48,169 bases of DNA from Cyanobacteriota bacterium (GTDB lineage: Bacteria; Cyanobacteriota; Vampirovibrionia; JBFMGH01): contig JBFMGH010000073.1 in NCBI GenBank assembly GCA_040752795.1, positions 2,605 through 50,773 of the forward strand, given 5' to 3'. The notes under the pieces were generated by a model. That model was given only the letters and a program-made list of their open reading frames with translations. It made no database searches and was not told where the DNA came from. The translations under genes were made by a program, and so were the position numbers. Shown here piece by piece: positions 20,910 through 30,170 of the stretch. The first letter of the stretch is position 1. Every line of letters begins with the position of its first letter.

Positions 20910-21182
20910 ATGCCAACTAAATTTTCTACTAATAAAAAGGAAATAATTGATAACTATCGTTTAAATGACAAGGATACTGGTTCTCCAGAAGTTCAAATAG
21001 CAATTTTAACTGATAGAATAAGAAAACTGACTGAACATTTAAAGATACACAAGAAAGATCATCATACAAAGAGAGGCTTATTGATGATGGTAGGAAAACG
21101 GAGAAGACTGCTTAATTATGTAGCTCAGAAAGATATACAAAGATATCGTTCGTTGATTAAGCGCCTCGGTTTACGTAGATAG
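20910..21182 (+). CDS. rpsO: 30S ribosomal protein S15
   Basis: [13 protein letters not shown]...[22 protein letters not shown]. Confidence 0.98.
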   Translation: MPTKFSTNKKEIIDNYRLNDKDTGSPEVQIAILTDRIRKLTEHLKIHKKDHHTKRGLLMMVGKRRRLLNYVAQKDIQRYRSLIKRLGLRR

Positions 21183-21189
21183 ATTTTAA

Positions 21190-21221
21190 GACAAGCGGAA
21201 CTGAGTCCGCTTGTTTAGTTT
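21190..21221 (+). terminator. Terminator or processing hairpin between rpsO and pnp
   Basis: ACAAGCGGA-actgag-TCCGCTTGT followed by a T-rich tract. Confidence 0.75.
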
Positions 21222-21256
21222 AAGTTAAGATATTAGATTTTACAAGGAATAAGTGT

Positions 21257-23407
21257 ATGTTACCTTCTAAAAAGTGTACTGTTAAAGTAGGGGAAAAAGA
21301 AATTATTGTTGAAACTGGTCACTTGGCAAGAAATGCATCTGCAGCAGTGACTATTTCATGTGAAGATACAGTTATATTGGTTACAGTTGGCGTTGGAAAA
21401 GAACCTAGAGAAGGGATAGACTTTTTCCCTCTTTTAGTAGATTTTGATGAAAAACTGTTTTGTGTTGGTAGAGTGCCAGGAAGTTTCTTAAGGCGGGAGG
21501 GAAGGCCTACAGATAAAGCTATCTTATCGGCCAGGCTTATAGATAGGCCTATTAGGCCATTGTTTCCTGATGGGTATCACAATGATGTTCAGGTAACTAC
21601 ATCAATATTAAGTTCTGACTCAGTTAACCCGCCGGATGTACTGGCATTGTTGGGGTCTTCATTCGCTCTTATTATGAGCGAGGCTCCTTTTTTAGGCCCT
21701 ATTGGGGCTGTTAGAGTTGGCAGAGTTGATGGCGAATTTGTTGTTAATCCAACTTTTGAAAATATAGAAAAAGGTGACTTAGATATTGTTGTCGCTGGTA
21801 CAGCTGATTCAATTATGATGGTAGAAGCAGGAGCAAAATTTGTTTCTGAAGAAGATATTGTTGCTGCTCTTAAATACGCTCAAGAGTATATTTCTATTCA
21901 AATAGAAGCACAACATAAGTTTGTTAAGGAGCTGGAAATAAACAAAGAAGAATTTGTGTTTGATACTGATCTGGACCCTCTAATAAAATTTATTGATAAA
22001 AACTATGAAAAACCTGTGATTAAAGCTTATAAAATTGCTGACCGTCTGGAAAGAGAAAAAGCAGTTAAAGTTATCAAAGATAAAATGGAAGATGACATGG
22101 CAGAACTTGCGGATGATCATCCTATTGCTGTGTTACTTGATGAGTCAGGTGTTAAATATCATCATGCAGTTTTTAAAGCACTTGAAAAGAGAATTATGCG
22201 TTCTATGATTATTAATGATGATATAAGAGTAGATGGCAGGGCTCTTGATGAAATCCGTCCAATTGATTGTTCTGTTGGTATTTTGCCACGTACGCATGGT
22301 ACAGGGCTTTTTACTAGAGGTAATACACAGGTTTTATCAATAACCACTCTGGGTGGCCCTGGAGAAGCGCAAGAGCTGGATGGTGTTGACCCTCAGAAGA
22401 AGCGTGAATATATTCACCATTATACATTCCCTGCTTTTTCTGTTGGCGAAGTTAAGCCAAACAGGGGGCCTGGCAGAAGAGAGGTGGGGCATGGGTATCT
22501 CGCTGAAAAAGCATTAACTCCTTCTTTGCCTCCTAAAGATCAGTTCCCTTACACTATAAGAGTCAACTCCGAAGTTTTAGAATCTAATGGATCTACATCG
22601 ATGGCCAGTACTTGTGGTAGTACACTTGCCTTGATGGATGCCGGTGTTCCTATATCTCAACCTATTGCCGGTGTTGCCATGGGTCTGATTAAAGAAAATG
22701 AAACAGTTAAAATTTTAACAGATATACAGGGTATTGAAGATTTTCTTGGAGATATGGATTTTAAAGTTGCAGGTAGTGATAAAGGCATTACTGCCCTTCA
22801 AATGGATATTAAAATACTTGGTATATCAATTGACATAATTGAAAAAGCATTAACTGCTGCTAAAAGTGGTAGGCTCCACATACTTGGAAAAATGCTGGAG
22901 GCTATTCCAGAACCAAGAAAAGCATTATCAAAATGGGCCCCTCGTATTGTTACATTGAAAATTGACCCTGATACTATTGGCACTGTTATAGGCCCTGGCG
23001 GAAAAACAATCAGGGGTATCATTGAGGAGACTGGTGCTACTATTGATATCGAGAATGATGGAACTGTAAATATTACTTGCGTTGATGCAGAAGGCTCCAA
23101 TAAGGCTATAGCTATAATTAAAAAGCTTACAAGAAAGCTTGAAAAAGGTCTTGTGCTTCAAGGTAAGGTGGTTAGAATAATATCTAAACTGGGTGCTTTT
23201 GTAGAAGTTGCTCCTGGCGTTGAAGGTATGGTTCATATTTCTCAATTAGTGCCATATAGAGTTCATAGTGTTAACGATGTTGTTTCTATAGGTGAAGAAG
23301 TAATAGTAAAGGTTGATGAGATAGATGAAAAAGGTAGAGTTAACCTAACTATTAAAGGCCTTACTCCTGAAGAAAAGGATAAATTTTTAGAAGAAGAATA
23401 TTGCTAA
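21257..23407 (+). CDS. pnp: Polyribonucleotide nucleotidyltransferase (PNPase)
   Basis: DFFPLLVD, RLIDRPIRPLF, ESNGSTSMAS, GDMDFKVAG, plus KH and S1 domains. Confidence 0.97.
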   Translation: MLPSKKCTVKVGEKEIIVETGHLARNASAAVTISCEDTVILVTVGVGKEPREGIDFFPLLVDFDEKLFCVGRVPGSFLRREGRPTDKAILSARLIDRPIRPLFPDGYHNDVQVTTSILSSDSVNPPDVLALLGSSFALIMSEAPFLGPIGAVRVGRVDGEFVVNPTFENIEKGDLDIVVAGTADSIMMVEAGAKFVSEEDIVAALKYAQEYISIQIEAQHKFVKELEINKEEFVFDTDLDPLIKFIDKNYEKPVIKAYKIADRLEREKAVKVIKDKMEDDMAELADDHPIAVLLDESGVKYHHAVFKALEKRIMRSMIINDDIRVDGRALDEIRPIDCSVGILPRTHGTGLFTRGNTQVLSITTLGGPGEAQELDGVDPQKKREYIHHYTFPAFSVGEVKPNRGPGRREVGHGYLAEKALTPSLPPKDQFPYTIRVNSEVLESNGSTSMASTCGSTLALMDAGVPISQPIAGVAMGLIKENETVKILTDIQGIEDFLGDMDFKVAGSDKGITALQMDIKILGISIDIIEKALTAAKSGRLHILGKMLEAIPEPRKALSKWAPRIVTLKIDPDTIGTVIGPGGKTIRGIIEETGATIDIENDGTVNITCVDAEGSNKAIAIIKKLTRKLEKGLVLQGKVVRIISKLGAFVEVAPGVEGMVHISQLVPYRVHSVNDVVSIGEEVIVKVDEIDEKGRVNLTIKGLTPEEKDKFLEEEYC

Positions 23408-23559
23408 TCTTAAAAAGCTTTATTTTTTACCTTTAATAATAATCTTTTTTTAGATTTCTAAAAAAAGTGATTTAAATGTATTTTGTTTGTTTAAATGATT
23501 CAATGTTTATAGTAACCTGTTTGAATTGATTTAATGTATTTAGTTTAAAAAGTTCTGAA

Positions 23560-24807
23560 ATGATTGAAATAACAGAATTTGAAAATGGCTTGAAAGTAAT
23601 AACTGAACTAATACCCGATGTTAGATCGGCGACAATTAGCGTTATGGTAACAGTTGGTTCTGCTTCTGAAACTAAAGAAAACAATGGTGTCTCTCATTTT
23701 GTTGAACATTTAATGTTCAAAGGAACTAAAGCAAGAACAGCACAGGTTATTGCTCAGTCTATAGAAGACTATGGCGGCAGTTTGAATGCTTTTACTGAAA
23801 AAGAAATTACTTATTACTATGCAAAAGTGCTTACAGAACAGGCTAATTTAACGGTTGATATTTTTTGTGACATGCTGTTGAATTCTTTATTTGATATAAA
23901 TGAACTGGAATTAGAGCGTCAGGTTATATTAGAAGAAATAAAAATGTATGAGGATACACCTGACGAAGTTGTATATGATGCTTTGTTTAAGTCAATATGG
24001 GGAGATAACCCCATGGCATTGCCAGTTACAGGTTCTTTCCCTTCTGTTAGAGATATGACTAGAGATACAATACTCGATTTTGTTAAAACTCATTATGTAC
24101 CGGGTAATATAAGATTCTCTTTGTCTGGCAATTTTGATAAAAATAAGATTATAGAAATTATTGATAAACATTTTTGCTCTTTGAAAGTACCGAAAAATGA
24201 AGTTAAAATTCCTGAACCACAAATAAAATCATCAATAACTGTTAATGAAAAAGATATTGAGCAAGCTCATGTTTGTATAGCAACAAACGGTATATCCATA
24301 GTTAGCAATGATAGGTATCCATTGGCTGTCATGGATATAGCACTTGCAGGTGGTATAAGTTCCAGGCTTTTTCAAGAGATAAGAGAAAAGAGAGGCCTTG
24401 TATATTCAATAAGCTCTTATAAAGCTCTTTATAGGCCTTCAGGGATATTTGGAGTTTATGCAGGTACAAGCGTGCAAAATATTAGTGAATTAATCAGGTT
24501 AGTATTAGAAGAATTCTCTAAAATTAAAGAAAATGGACTTACTGATGACGAGTTGATTAGAGGAAAGAAACAACTTAAAGGTAGTTTGCTTTTGGGTCTT
24601 GAGTCTACTTACTATAGGGCTTATAGAAATGTTCACAGTGACGTTTACTTTAATAAAATTTTTTCTATTGATGAGGTTTGTGAACTTATAGATCTTGTTT
24701 CAATGAATGATATATTACGTATTGCCGCTGATATATTTGATCCAAAGTATTACTCTTTAAGTATTGTTGGTCCCAAAGGAATTCCTGTTAATTATAAGTT
24801 GAATTAA
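23560..24807 (+). CDS. M16 (pitrilysin-family) zinc peptidase
   Basis: Inverted zincin HFVEH; NAFT; SSRLFQEIREKRGLVY; conserved rpsO-pnp-M16-dut order. Confidence 0.92.
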   Translation: MIEITEFENGLKVITELIPDVRSATISVMVTVGSASETKENNGVSHFVEHLMFKGTKARTAQVIAQSIEDYGGSLNAFTEKEITYYYAKVLTEQANLTVDIFCDMLLNSLFDINELELERQVILEEIKMYEDTPDEVVYDALFKSIWGDNPMALPVTGSFPSVRDMTRDTILDFVKTHYVPGNIRFSLSGNFDKNKIIEIIDKHFCSLKVPKNEVKIPEPQIKSSITVNEKDIEQAHVCIATNGISIVSNDRYPLAVMDIALAGGISSRLFQEIREKRGLVYSISSYKALYRPSGIFGVYAGTSVQNISELIRLVLEEFSKIKENGLTDDELIRGKKQLKGSLLLGLESTYYRAYRNVHSDVYFNKIFSIDEVCELIDLVSMNDILRIAADIFDPKYYSLSIVGPKGIPVNYKLN

Positions 24808-24865
24808 TTGTCAGAAAATAATATTAATTAATAGAATTGTTTAAATTTATATAAGGAAGGAACTA

Positions 24866-25318
24866 ATGAAAACTTTGGAAATGATAAGACTAAAAATTAA
24901 AAGGTTACCTCATTCAATTAAGGATCCTTCTTATGCTACAGAAGGCTCTGCTGGAATGGATATTTGCGCAGCAGTTGAAAAGCCTGTATGTATTAAACCT
25001 ATGGAAAGATTTGCAGTGCCTACAGGGCTTATATTCGAAGTGCCAGAGGGATATGAGGCCCAAATAAGGGCAAGATCTGGGCTCTCTATAAAGCATGGTC
25101 TTTGTCTGGCAAATGGTGTTGGTACTGTTGATTCTGACTACCGTGGCGAAGTTAAAGTACTTATGATTAATCTAGGCGATAAGACTTTTACAATTAACCC
25201 AGGAGATAGAATTGCTCAGGTTATAATTAATCAAGTTATTAAAGCTCATCTGGAAGTAAGCGAAGAATTGACGGACACCGAGAGATCTACAGGTGGTTTT
25301 GGCTCAACTGGCATTTAG
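24866..25318 (+). CDS. dut: dUTP diphosphatase
   Basis: GSAGMD, RSGL, GTVDSDYRGE, GDRIAQ, RSTGGFGSTG motifs. Confidence 0.96.
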   Translation: MKTLEMIRLKIKRLPHSIKDPSYATEGSAGMDICAAVEKPVCIKPMERFAVPTGLIFEVPEGYEAQIRARSGLSIKHGLCLANGVGTVDSDYRGEVKVLMINLGDKTFTINPGDRIAQVIINQVIKAHLEVSEELTDTERSTGGFGSTGI

Positions 25319-25321
25319 TTT

Positions 25322-26368
25322 ATGTTTGAAAGAAGAAAAACAAAGCAGATACATATTGCTGAGGTGGGAATAGGTTCTAATTATCCTGTTTCCATTCAAT
25401 CCATGACTAATACTGACACGCGTGACTTTAAATCTACTGTCAATCAGATTAAAAAACTAGAAGAAGCAGGATGTGAATTAATTAGGCTTGCAATTGTTGA
25501 TCAACAAGCAGCGCATTCTTTGAAAGAGATTAAAAAAAACACTTCTGTGCCGTTAATTGCTGATATTCACTTTGATTATAGACTTGCAATAGCTTCTATA
25601 GAAAGTGGTGTTGATTCATTAAGAATAAATCCGGGCAATATTGGATCTAAAGAGAACATTAAAAAACTTGTTGATAAAGCAAAAGAAAGAAAAATACCAA
25701 TAAGAATAGGTGTTAATTCTGGTTCTCTTGAAAAAGAATTTTCAGATTTAAACCCTGTTGATGCAATGGTAGCCAGTGCAATAAAACATATTAAATTATT
25801 AGAACATTATGACTATGAGCAAATAAAAGTGTCTATTAAGTCAAGTAGTGTTCCAGTTACTATAAAGGCTTATAGATCTCTGGCTAAAATGATAGACTAT
25901 CCTTTGCATCTGGGCGTAACAGAGTCTGGTACGTATGAATCTGGCGCTGTGAAATCTTCTATAGGTATAGGCTCGCTTCTTGCTGAAGGTATAGGAGATA
26001 CTATAAGAGTATCTCTTACAGATGATCCTGTTAAAGAAGTGTTAGTAGCTTATGAAATACTTAAAGCCCTTGAAATTCGAAAAAAAGGCATAAATTTTAT
26101 AAGCTGTCCCACCTGTGGAAGAACGGAGATAGATTTGATAAATCTGGCCAAAAAGGTTGAAATTGCTACAAAAACAATAAAAACCTCATTAACTATAGCT
26201 GTTATGGGTTGTGTGGTTAATGGACCTGGCGAGGCAAGTCATGCTGATATAGGTATAGCTGGGGGCAAAGACAAATGTGTTATATTCAAAAAGGGTCAGG
26301 TTATCAAAACCATACCTGAGTACCAGGCCTTTGATGCGTTCATGGAAGAATTGCAATCACTTTTATAA
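25322..26368 (+). CDS. ispG: (E)-4-hydroxy-3-methylbut-2-enyl-diphosphate synthase
   Basis: IQSMTNT, ADIHFD, RINPGNIG, YPLHLGVTE, CPTCGR, MGCVVNGPGE. Confidence 0.96.
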   Translation: MFERRKTKQIHIAEVGIGSNYPVSIQSMTNTDTRDFKSTVNQIKKLEEAGCELIRLAIVDQQAAHSLKEIKKNTSVPLIADIHFDYRLAIASIESGVDSLRINPGNIGSKENIKKLVDKAKERKIPIRIGVNSGSLEKEFSDLNPVDAMVASAIKHIKLLEHYDYEQIKVSIKSSSVPVTIKAYRSLAKMIDYPLHLGVTESGTYESGAVKSSIGIGSLLAEGIGDTIRVSLTDDPVKEVLVAYEILKALEIRKKGINFISCPTCGRTEIDLINLAKKVEIATKTIKTSLTIAVMGCVVNGPGEASHADIGIAGGKDKCVIFKKGQVIKTIPEYQAFDAFMEELQSLL

Positions 26369-26379
26369 AGGTATATGGC

Positions 26380-26853
26380 ATGCAAATCAATTCTGATCTG
26401 ATTGTTAGAGATGCCACTGTGGAAGATATCTTTTTTATTATAGATATATTAAGACCATATATTGAGAGCAGACAATTATTAGATAAATCTCAACACGATG
26501 TAATAATAAATATCTCTAATTATATTGTTATAGAGCTGGATGGTGGAATAATTGGTTGTGGATCATTTTATATACATTATAAAGGAACGGCAGAAATAAG
26601 GTCATTAGCTCTTAGTAAACAATACAATGGATTAGGATATTCCAAATTAATGATGAATTACCTTGTTAATAAGTTAGAAAGCCTTAAAGTTAAAGAGATA
26701 TACTGTTTAACTATGATACCTGAATATTTTAAAAAGTATGGTTTTGAAGAAATTCCATTTTGTAAATCTCCTGAAGTACTAAATAATGATTATGCAAAAT
26801 GTAAAAACATTTCTGGTTGTTGTGTTAATGTAATGCTTAAGGTTGTTAATTAA
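26380..26853 (+). CDS. GNAT acetyltransferase, ArgA-like paralogue
   Basis: GCGSF...AEIRSLAL...GLGYSK, YCLT, YFKKYGF; similar to the adjacent GNAT. Confidence 0.75.
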   Translation: MQINSDLIVRDATVEDIFFIIDILRPYIESRQLLDKSQHDVIINISNYIVIELDGGIIGCGSFYIHYKGTAEIRSLALSKQYNGLGYSKLMMNYLVNKLESLKVKEIYCLTMIPEYFKKYGFEEIPFCKSPEVLNNDYAKCKNISGCCVNVMLKVVN

Positions 26854-26926
26854 AAAGATAAAATCCTATTAAACTAAAATAACAAAGGTTTAAGAAGTTT
26901 TATTAACGTGAACCATAGCTATTTAT

Positions 26927-26962
26927 AGTCTATTATTGCGAGTTTTGTTAAAATAATAGACT
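26927..26962 (+). promoter_or_regulatory. Extended -10 promoter overlapped by an 11-bp inverted repeat, upstream of argA-argC-argB
   Basis: AGTCTATTATT-N14-AATAATAGACT; TGTTAAAAT at 26946-26954. Confidence 0.45.
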
Positions 26963-26989
26963 TAGTTTAGCAAAATAGAAGGTTATACC

Positions 26990-27472
26990 ATGTCAAACTT
27001 AACCGAAGCAGGTCTAAAATTACGTAAAGCACTAATGACAGATGTGTTGAAAATACAGGAACTTATTAATTCTTTTGCTAGCACAGATGTTATGTTACCA
27101 AAATCCTTAAATCAGCTTTATGAAAATATTAGAGATTATATTGTTTTAGAAAAAGATAATAAAATTGTAGCCTGTGGTGCTTTGCACTTTTACTGGGAAG
27201 ATTTAGCTGAGGTGCGATCTCTGGCGGTTGATTCTGAATTTGCCAGAGCCGGATATGGTTCATTGATAGTTGAAGAGTTGGTTAAGCAGGCTAGTGAATA
27301 TAAAGTTAAAAAAGTTTTCTGTCTTACTTTGGTTCCTAAATTTTTTAAAAGGCTTAGTTTTGAAGAAGTTCCACATAGTGATTTACCGCAAAAAGTTTAC
27401 AAAGATTGTATTAACTGTGTCAAGCTTGGTAATTGTGATGAAATAGCTATGATTAGACATACAGAAATATAA
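26990..27472 (+). CDS. argA: Short-form N-acetylglutamate synthase-like GNAT (amino-acid N-acetyltransferase)
   Basis: MLPKSLNQLYENIRDY, ACGALHFYWEDLAEVRSLAV, LPQKVYKDCINC; immediately upstream of argC. Confidence 0.78.
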   Translation: MSNLTEAGLKLRKALMTDVLKIQELINSFASTDVMLPKSLNQLYENIRDYIVLEKDNKIVACGALHFYWEDLAEVRSLAVDSEFARAGYGSLIVEELVKQASEYKVKKVFCLTLVPKFFKRLSFEEVPHSDLPQKVYKDCINCVKLGNCDEIAMIRHTEI

Positions 27473-27474
27473 AT

Positions 27475-28512
27475 TTGGAGCAACAGATGGTAAATGTAGC
27501 AATTGTAGGAGCTTCAGGGTATTCAGGTTTAGAACTGGTTAAAATTTTATTGAATCACCCTGAAACGTCTTTGTCTTATATAACAGGAACAGAAAGAGTT
27601 GTTGGTTCTAAAATATCTGATTTATATCCGGTTTTAAGGGATGTTACTGACCTCAAATTCATACTTACCGACATTGATCAGATCATAAATTCTGATGCAG
27701 ATTGTGTATTTATGGCAACACCAAATGAAACTTCTCTGGAGATCGTCCCAAAAATTATTAGTAATACAGCTAAGAAGCTAATAGACCTTAGTGGAAGTTT
27801 TAGACTTAAGTATAATATACTATATCCTATTTACTATGGCTTTGAGAATGATAATGAAAATTTGCTTCAAGAAGCTGTATATGGTGTGCCTGAGTTGTAT
27901 AAGCAGGAAATTAGAGAGTCAAGATTGGTTGCAAACCCCGGTTGTTATCCTACTAGTGTTGTAATCCCTCTTGTACCACTTTTACGTAGTAATATTATTA
28001 ATACTCAGCAAAGAATAATAATAGATTCTAAGTCAGGTGTTAGTGGGGCAGGAAGAAAGCCTTCTGATAACACTCATTATGTTGAAACTAATGAGTCTCT
28101 TAAGGCCTATAATCTTCATAAGCATAGGCATGAGCCAGAAATAGCTCAGGAATTATCTAAGGCTTCCGGCTTGGATGTAAAAATAACTTTTACTCCTCAT
28201 TTGGTACCTCTTAACAGGGGTATATTATCTACAATATATGCTGAAGTGAAGCCAGGTGTTTCTTATGAAGATATATATAATTGTTGGATAAAACTTTATA
28301 ACTCTGAAAAATTTGTTAGAGTTATGCCAGAAGGTCAATTGCCAGAAATAAAGCACGTTGTAGCCACTCCATATTGTGATATTGGCTTCTCTTTACGTAA
28401 TCAGGAATTAATAATAGTTTCTTGTATTGATAATCTTTTAAAAGGTGCATCTTCTCAAGCCGTACAGAACTATAATTTAATGTTTGGCTTTAAGGAGCAT
28501 TTAGCTTTATGA
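27475..28512 (+). CDS. argC: N-acetyl-gamma-glutamyl-phosphate reductase (start probably ATG at 27487)
   Basis: VGASGYSG, IDLSGSFRL, VANPGCYPT, SGVSGAGR, IDNLLKGAS. Confidence 0.95.
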   Translation: MEQQMVNVAIVGASGYSGLELVKILLNHPETSLSYITGTERVVGSKISDLYPVLRDVTDLKFILTDIDQIINSDADCVFMATPNETSLEIVPKIISNTAKKLIDLSGSFRLKYNILYPIYYGFENDNENLLQEAVYGVPELYKQEIRESRLVANPGCYPTSVVIPLVPLLRSNIINTQQRIIIDSKSGVSGAGRKPSDNTHYVETNESLKAYNLHKHRHEPEIAQELSKASGLDVKITFTPHLVPLNRGILSTIYAEVKPGVSYEDIYNCWIKLYNSEKFVRVMPEGQLPEIKHVVATPYCDIGFSLRNQELIIVSCIDNLLKGASSQAVQNYNLMFGFKEHLAL

Positions 28513-29303
28513 AAAGTGTACTAATTAAGCTTGGTGGTAGTGTTATTACAGATATTGCCTATCGTAAAAGTATTCTAAGGCAGGTAGTAGAGCTTAGTAA
28601 TAGTGGTTACAGTATATCTATAGTGCATGGCGGTGGTAAGCTTATAACCAGTTATATGGATAAACTTGGAATAAAATCAGAGTATTTTGAAGGATTGCGC
28701 ATTACACCGGATGAAACTCTAGATGTTGTTATGATGGTACTTATAGGAAAAGTAAATAAAGACATTGTTAAAGATTTAACATTTATGAATGTTAAAGCAC
28801 TGGGTCTTTGTGGTGGTGATGTTAATCTAATAAATTGTAAGAAGCTTGAAGTTGAAGCTCAAATAGATTTAGGAAAAGTTGGTGTGCCAGTTGCAGTTAA
28901 TAAAGAATTTTATGACCAGATTATATTGTTGGGTTGTATACCTGTTATAGCTACTATTGCTCTTGGTAACGATAGTTACTATAATATTAATGCTGATCAT
29001 ACAGCAGCATTTATGGCACAGGAACTTGGGGTTGATCATTTGATTTTTGTTAGTGATGTTGATGGGGTTTTGCATCCGGAAACGAAAGAAAGATTTGAAT
29101 TACTGGATAAGGAAAAGATACATTATCTTAAGAACGAAGGAATAATTAAATCTGGTATGTTACCAAAATTGCAATCCTGTATTGAGGCTTTAGAAAAAGG
29201 TGTTTCTAAAGTGACAATACTCAATGGTAAAAAACATAATGCTATTATTGATGCAATAACAAAAGAAGAATCAGTAGGTACAGAGATACTTTTAAAGTCA
29301 TAA
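28509..29303 (+). CDS. argB: Acetylglutamate kinase
   Basis: IKLGGS, VHGGG, GLRIT, NINAD, SDVDGV, GMLPK. Confidence 0.94.
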   Translation: MKSVLIKLGGSVITDIAYRKSILRQVVELSNSGYSISIVHGGGKLITSYMDKLGIKSEYFEGLRITPDETLDVVMMVLIGKVNKDIVKDLTFMNVKALGLCGGDVNLINCKKLEVEAQIDLGKVGVPVAVNKEFYDQIILLGCIPVIATIALGNDSYYNINADHTAAFMAQELGVDHLIFVSDVDGVLHPETKERFELLDKEKIHYLKNEGIIKSGMLPKLQSCIEALEKGVSKVTILNGKKHNAIIDAITKEESVGTEILLKS

Positions 29304-29509
29304 AAAAAAGAGTGATTTTATTTGATAGCATTTTGATTAGAAAAATCCCCACTTCGATAGTTTAATGAAAGTGAGGAATAATTTCCCTCTTTCATTCGAG
29401 CAAAATACCAACCATTTTGTTAATGTTTCTGGTGCAATAATTTCCTTTTTGCCTGATGGTATTATTTTCTAATTGATAATTTAAATTGTTTTAGTGTAAA
29501 ATAAATTAC

Positions 29510-29607
29510 GTGCATTTGCACATTATGCTAACACCAAGTTATTTTTAGTGCAAGTATGATTTTGATTAAATAGATTAATTTAACTTTATGTTAATTGAAT
29601 ATTCAAT
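29510..29607. promoter_or_regulatory. Two palindromic candidate operators upstream of the NifX-family gene
   Basis: GTGCA-TT-TGCAC (29510-29521) and perfect ATTGAATATTCAAT (29594-29607). Confidence 0.4.
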
Positions 29608-29630
29608 ATAAGCTTGAAAGGACCTGATAA

Positions 29631-29984
29631 ATGAAGAAAATTGTTGTGTCACTTAGTGAAGACAAAAAAAACGTTAACGATCATTTTGGTACATGTACGA
29701 ATTATTTGTTGATAGAGGCAAAAGGTAATGAAATTGTTATAAAAAGAGAAGTTGAAAATCCTTATGGTGGTCATCAGGGTGGGTGCATGGTTATCGATTT
29801 TATTAAATCTCTTGATGCAGATGTTATTATAACAGGTGGGATGGGAGTAAAAGCCGTAGAAAAATGTAATGGTTATGGCATAGAAGTTATACTTGGGCAT
29901 ATTGGCCCGGTTGATGATATTGTTGGCTGTTATCTTGCCGGAAAGCTTGTATCAACAGGAGAAGCCTGTTCTCATCATCATTAA
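29631..29984 (+). CDS. NifB/NifX-family (dinitrogenase FeMo-cofactor-binding-like) protein
   Basis: DHFGTC, ENPYGGH.GGC, DVIITGGMG..A, C-terminal CSHHH. Confidence 0.85.
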   Translation: MKKIVVSLSEDKKNVNDHFGTCTNYLLIEAKGNEIVIKREVENPYGGHQGGCMVIDFIKSLDADVIITGGMGVKAVEKCNGYGIEVILGHIGPVDDIVGCYLAGKLVSTGEACSHHH

Positions 29985-30170
29985 TTGTATGTTTATATAA
30001 CTGTTATTTTAAAGATATTTGGGAATTTTAAGAAACTTTTAAAAATACAATAAGCCTGAAAACGTGCCTGTTTTCTGTTGGTTAGATGGGTGAGGCCTTT
30101 TGAGCTGTGTTTTAACAAGTTTGTTTTTTGAGTATTATCTCTTTGTTACTTATTAGGAAGAGGTGTTTCT

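Noticed and set aside
29568-29596. dif-like site (TTATGTTAATT resembles a XerD arm)
   Set aside because: No matching XerC arm at the 6-bp spacing
29631-29984. Nitrogen fixation inferred from the NifX-like gene
   Set aside because: The family is widespread in non-diazotrophic anaerobes and there is no nifHDK here
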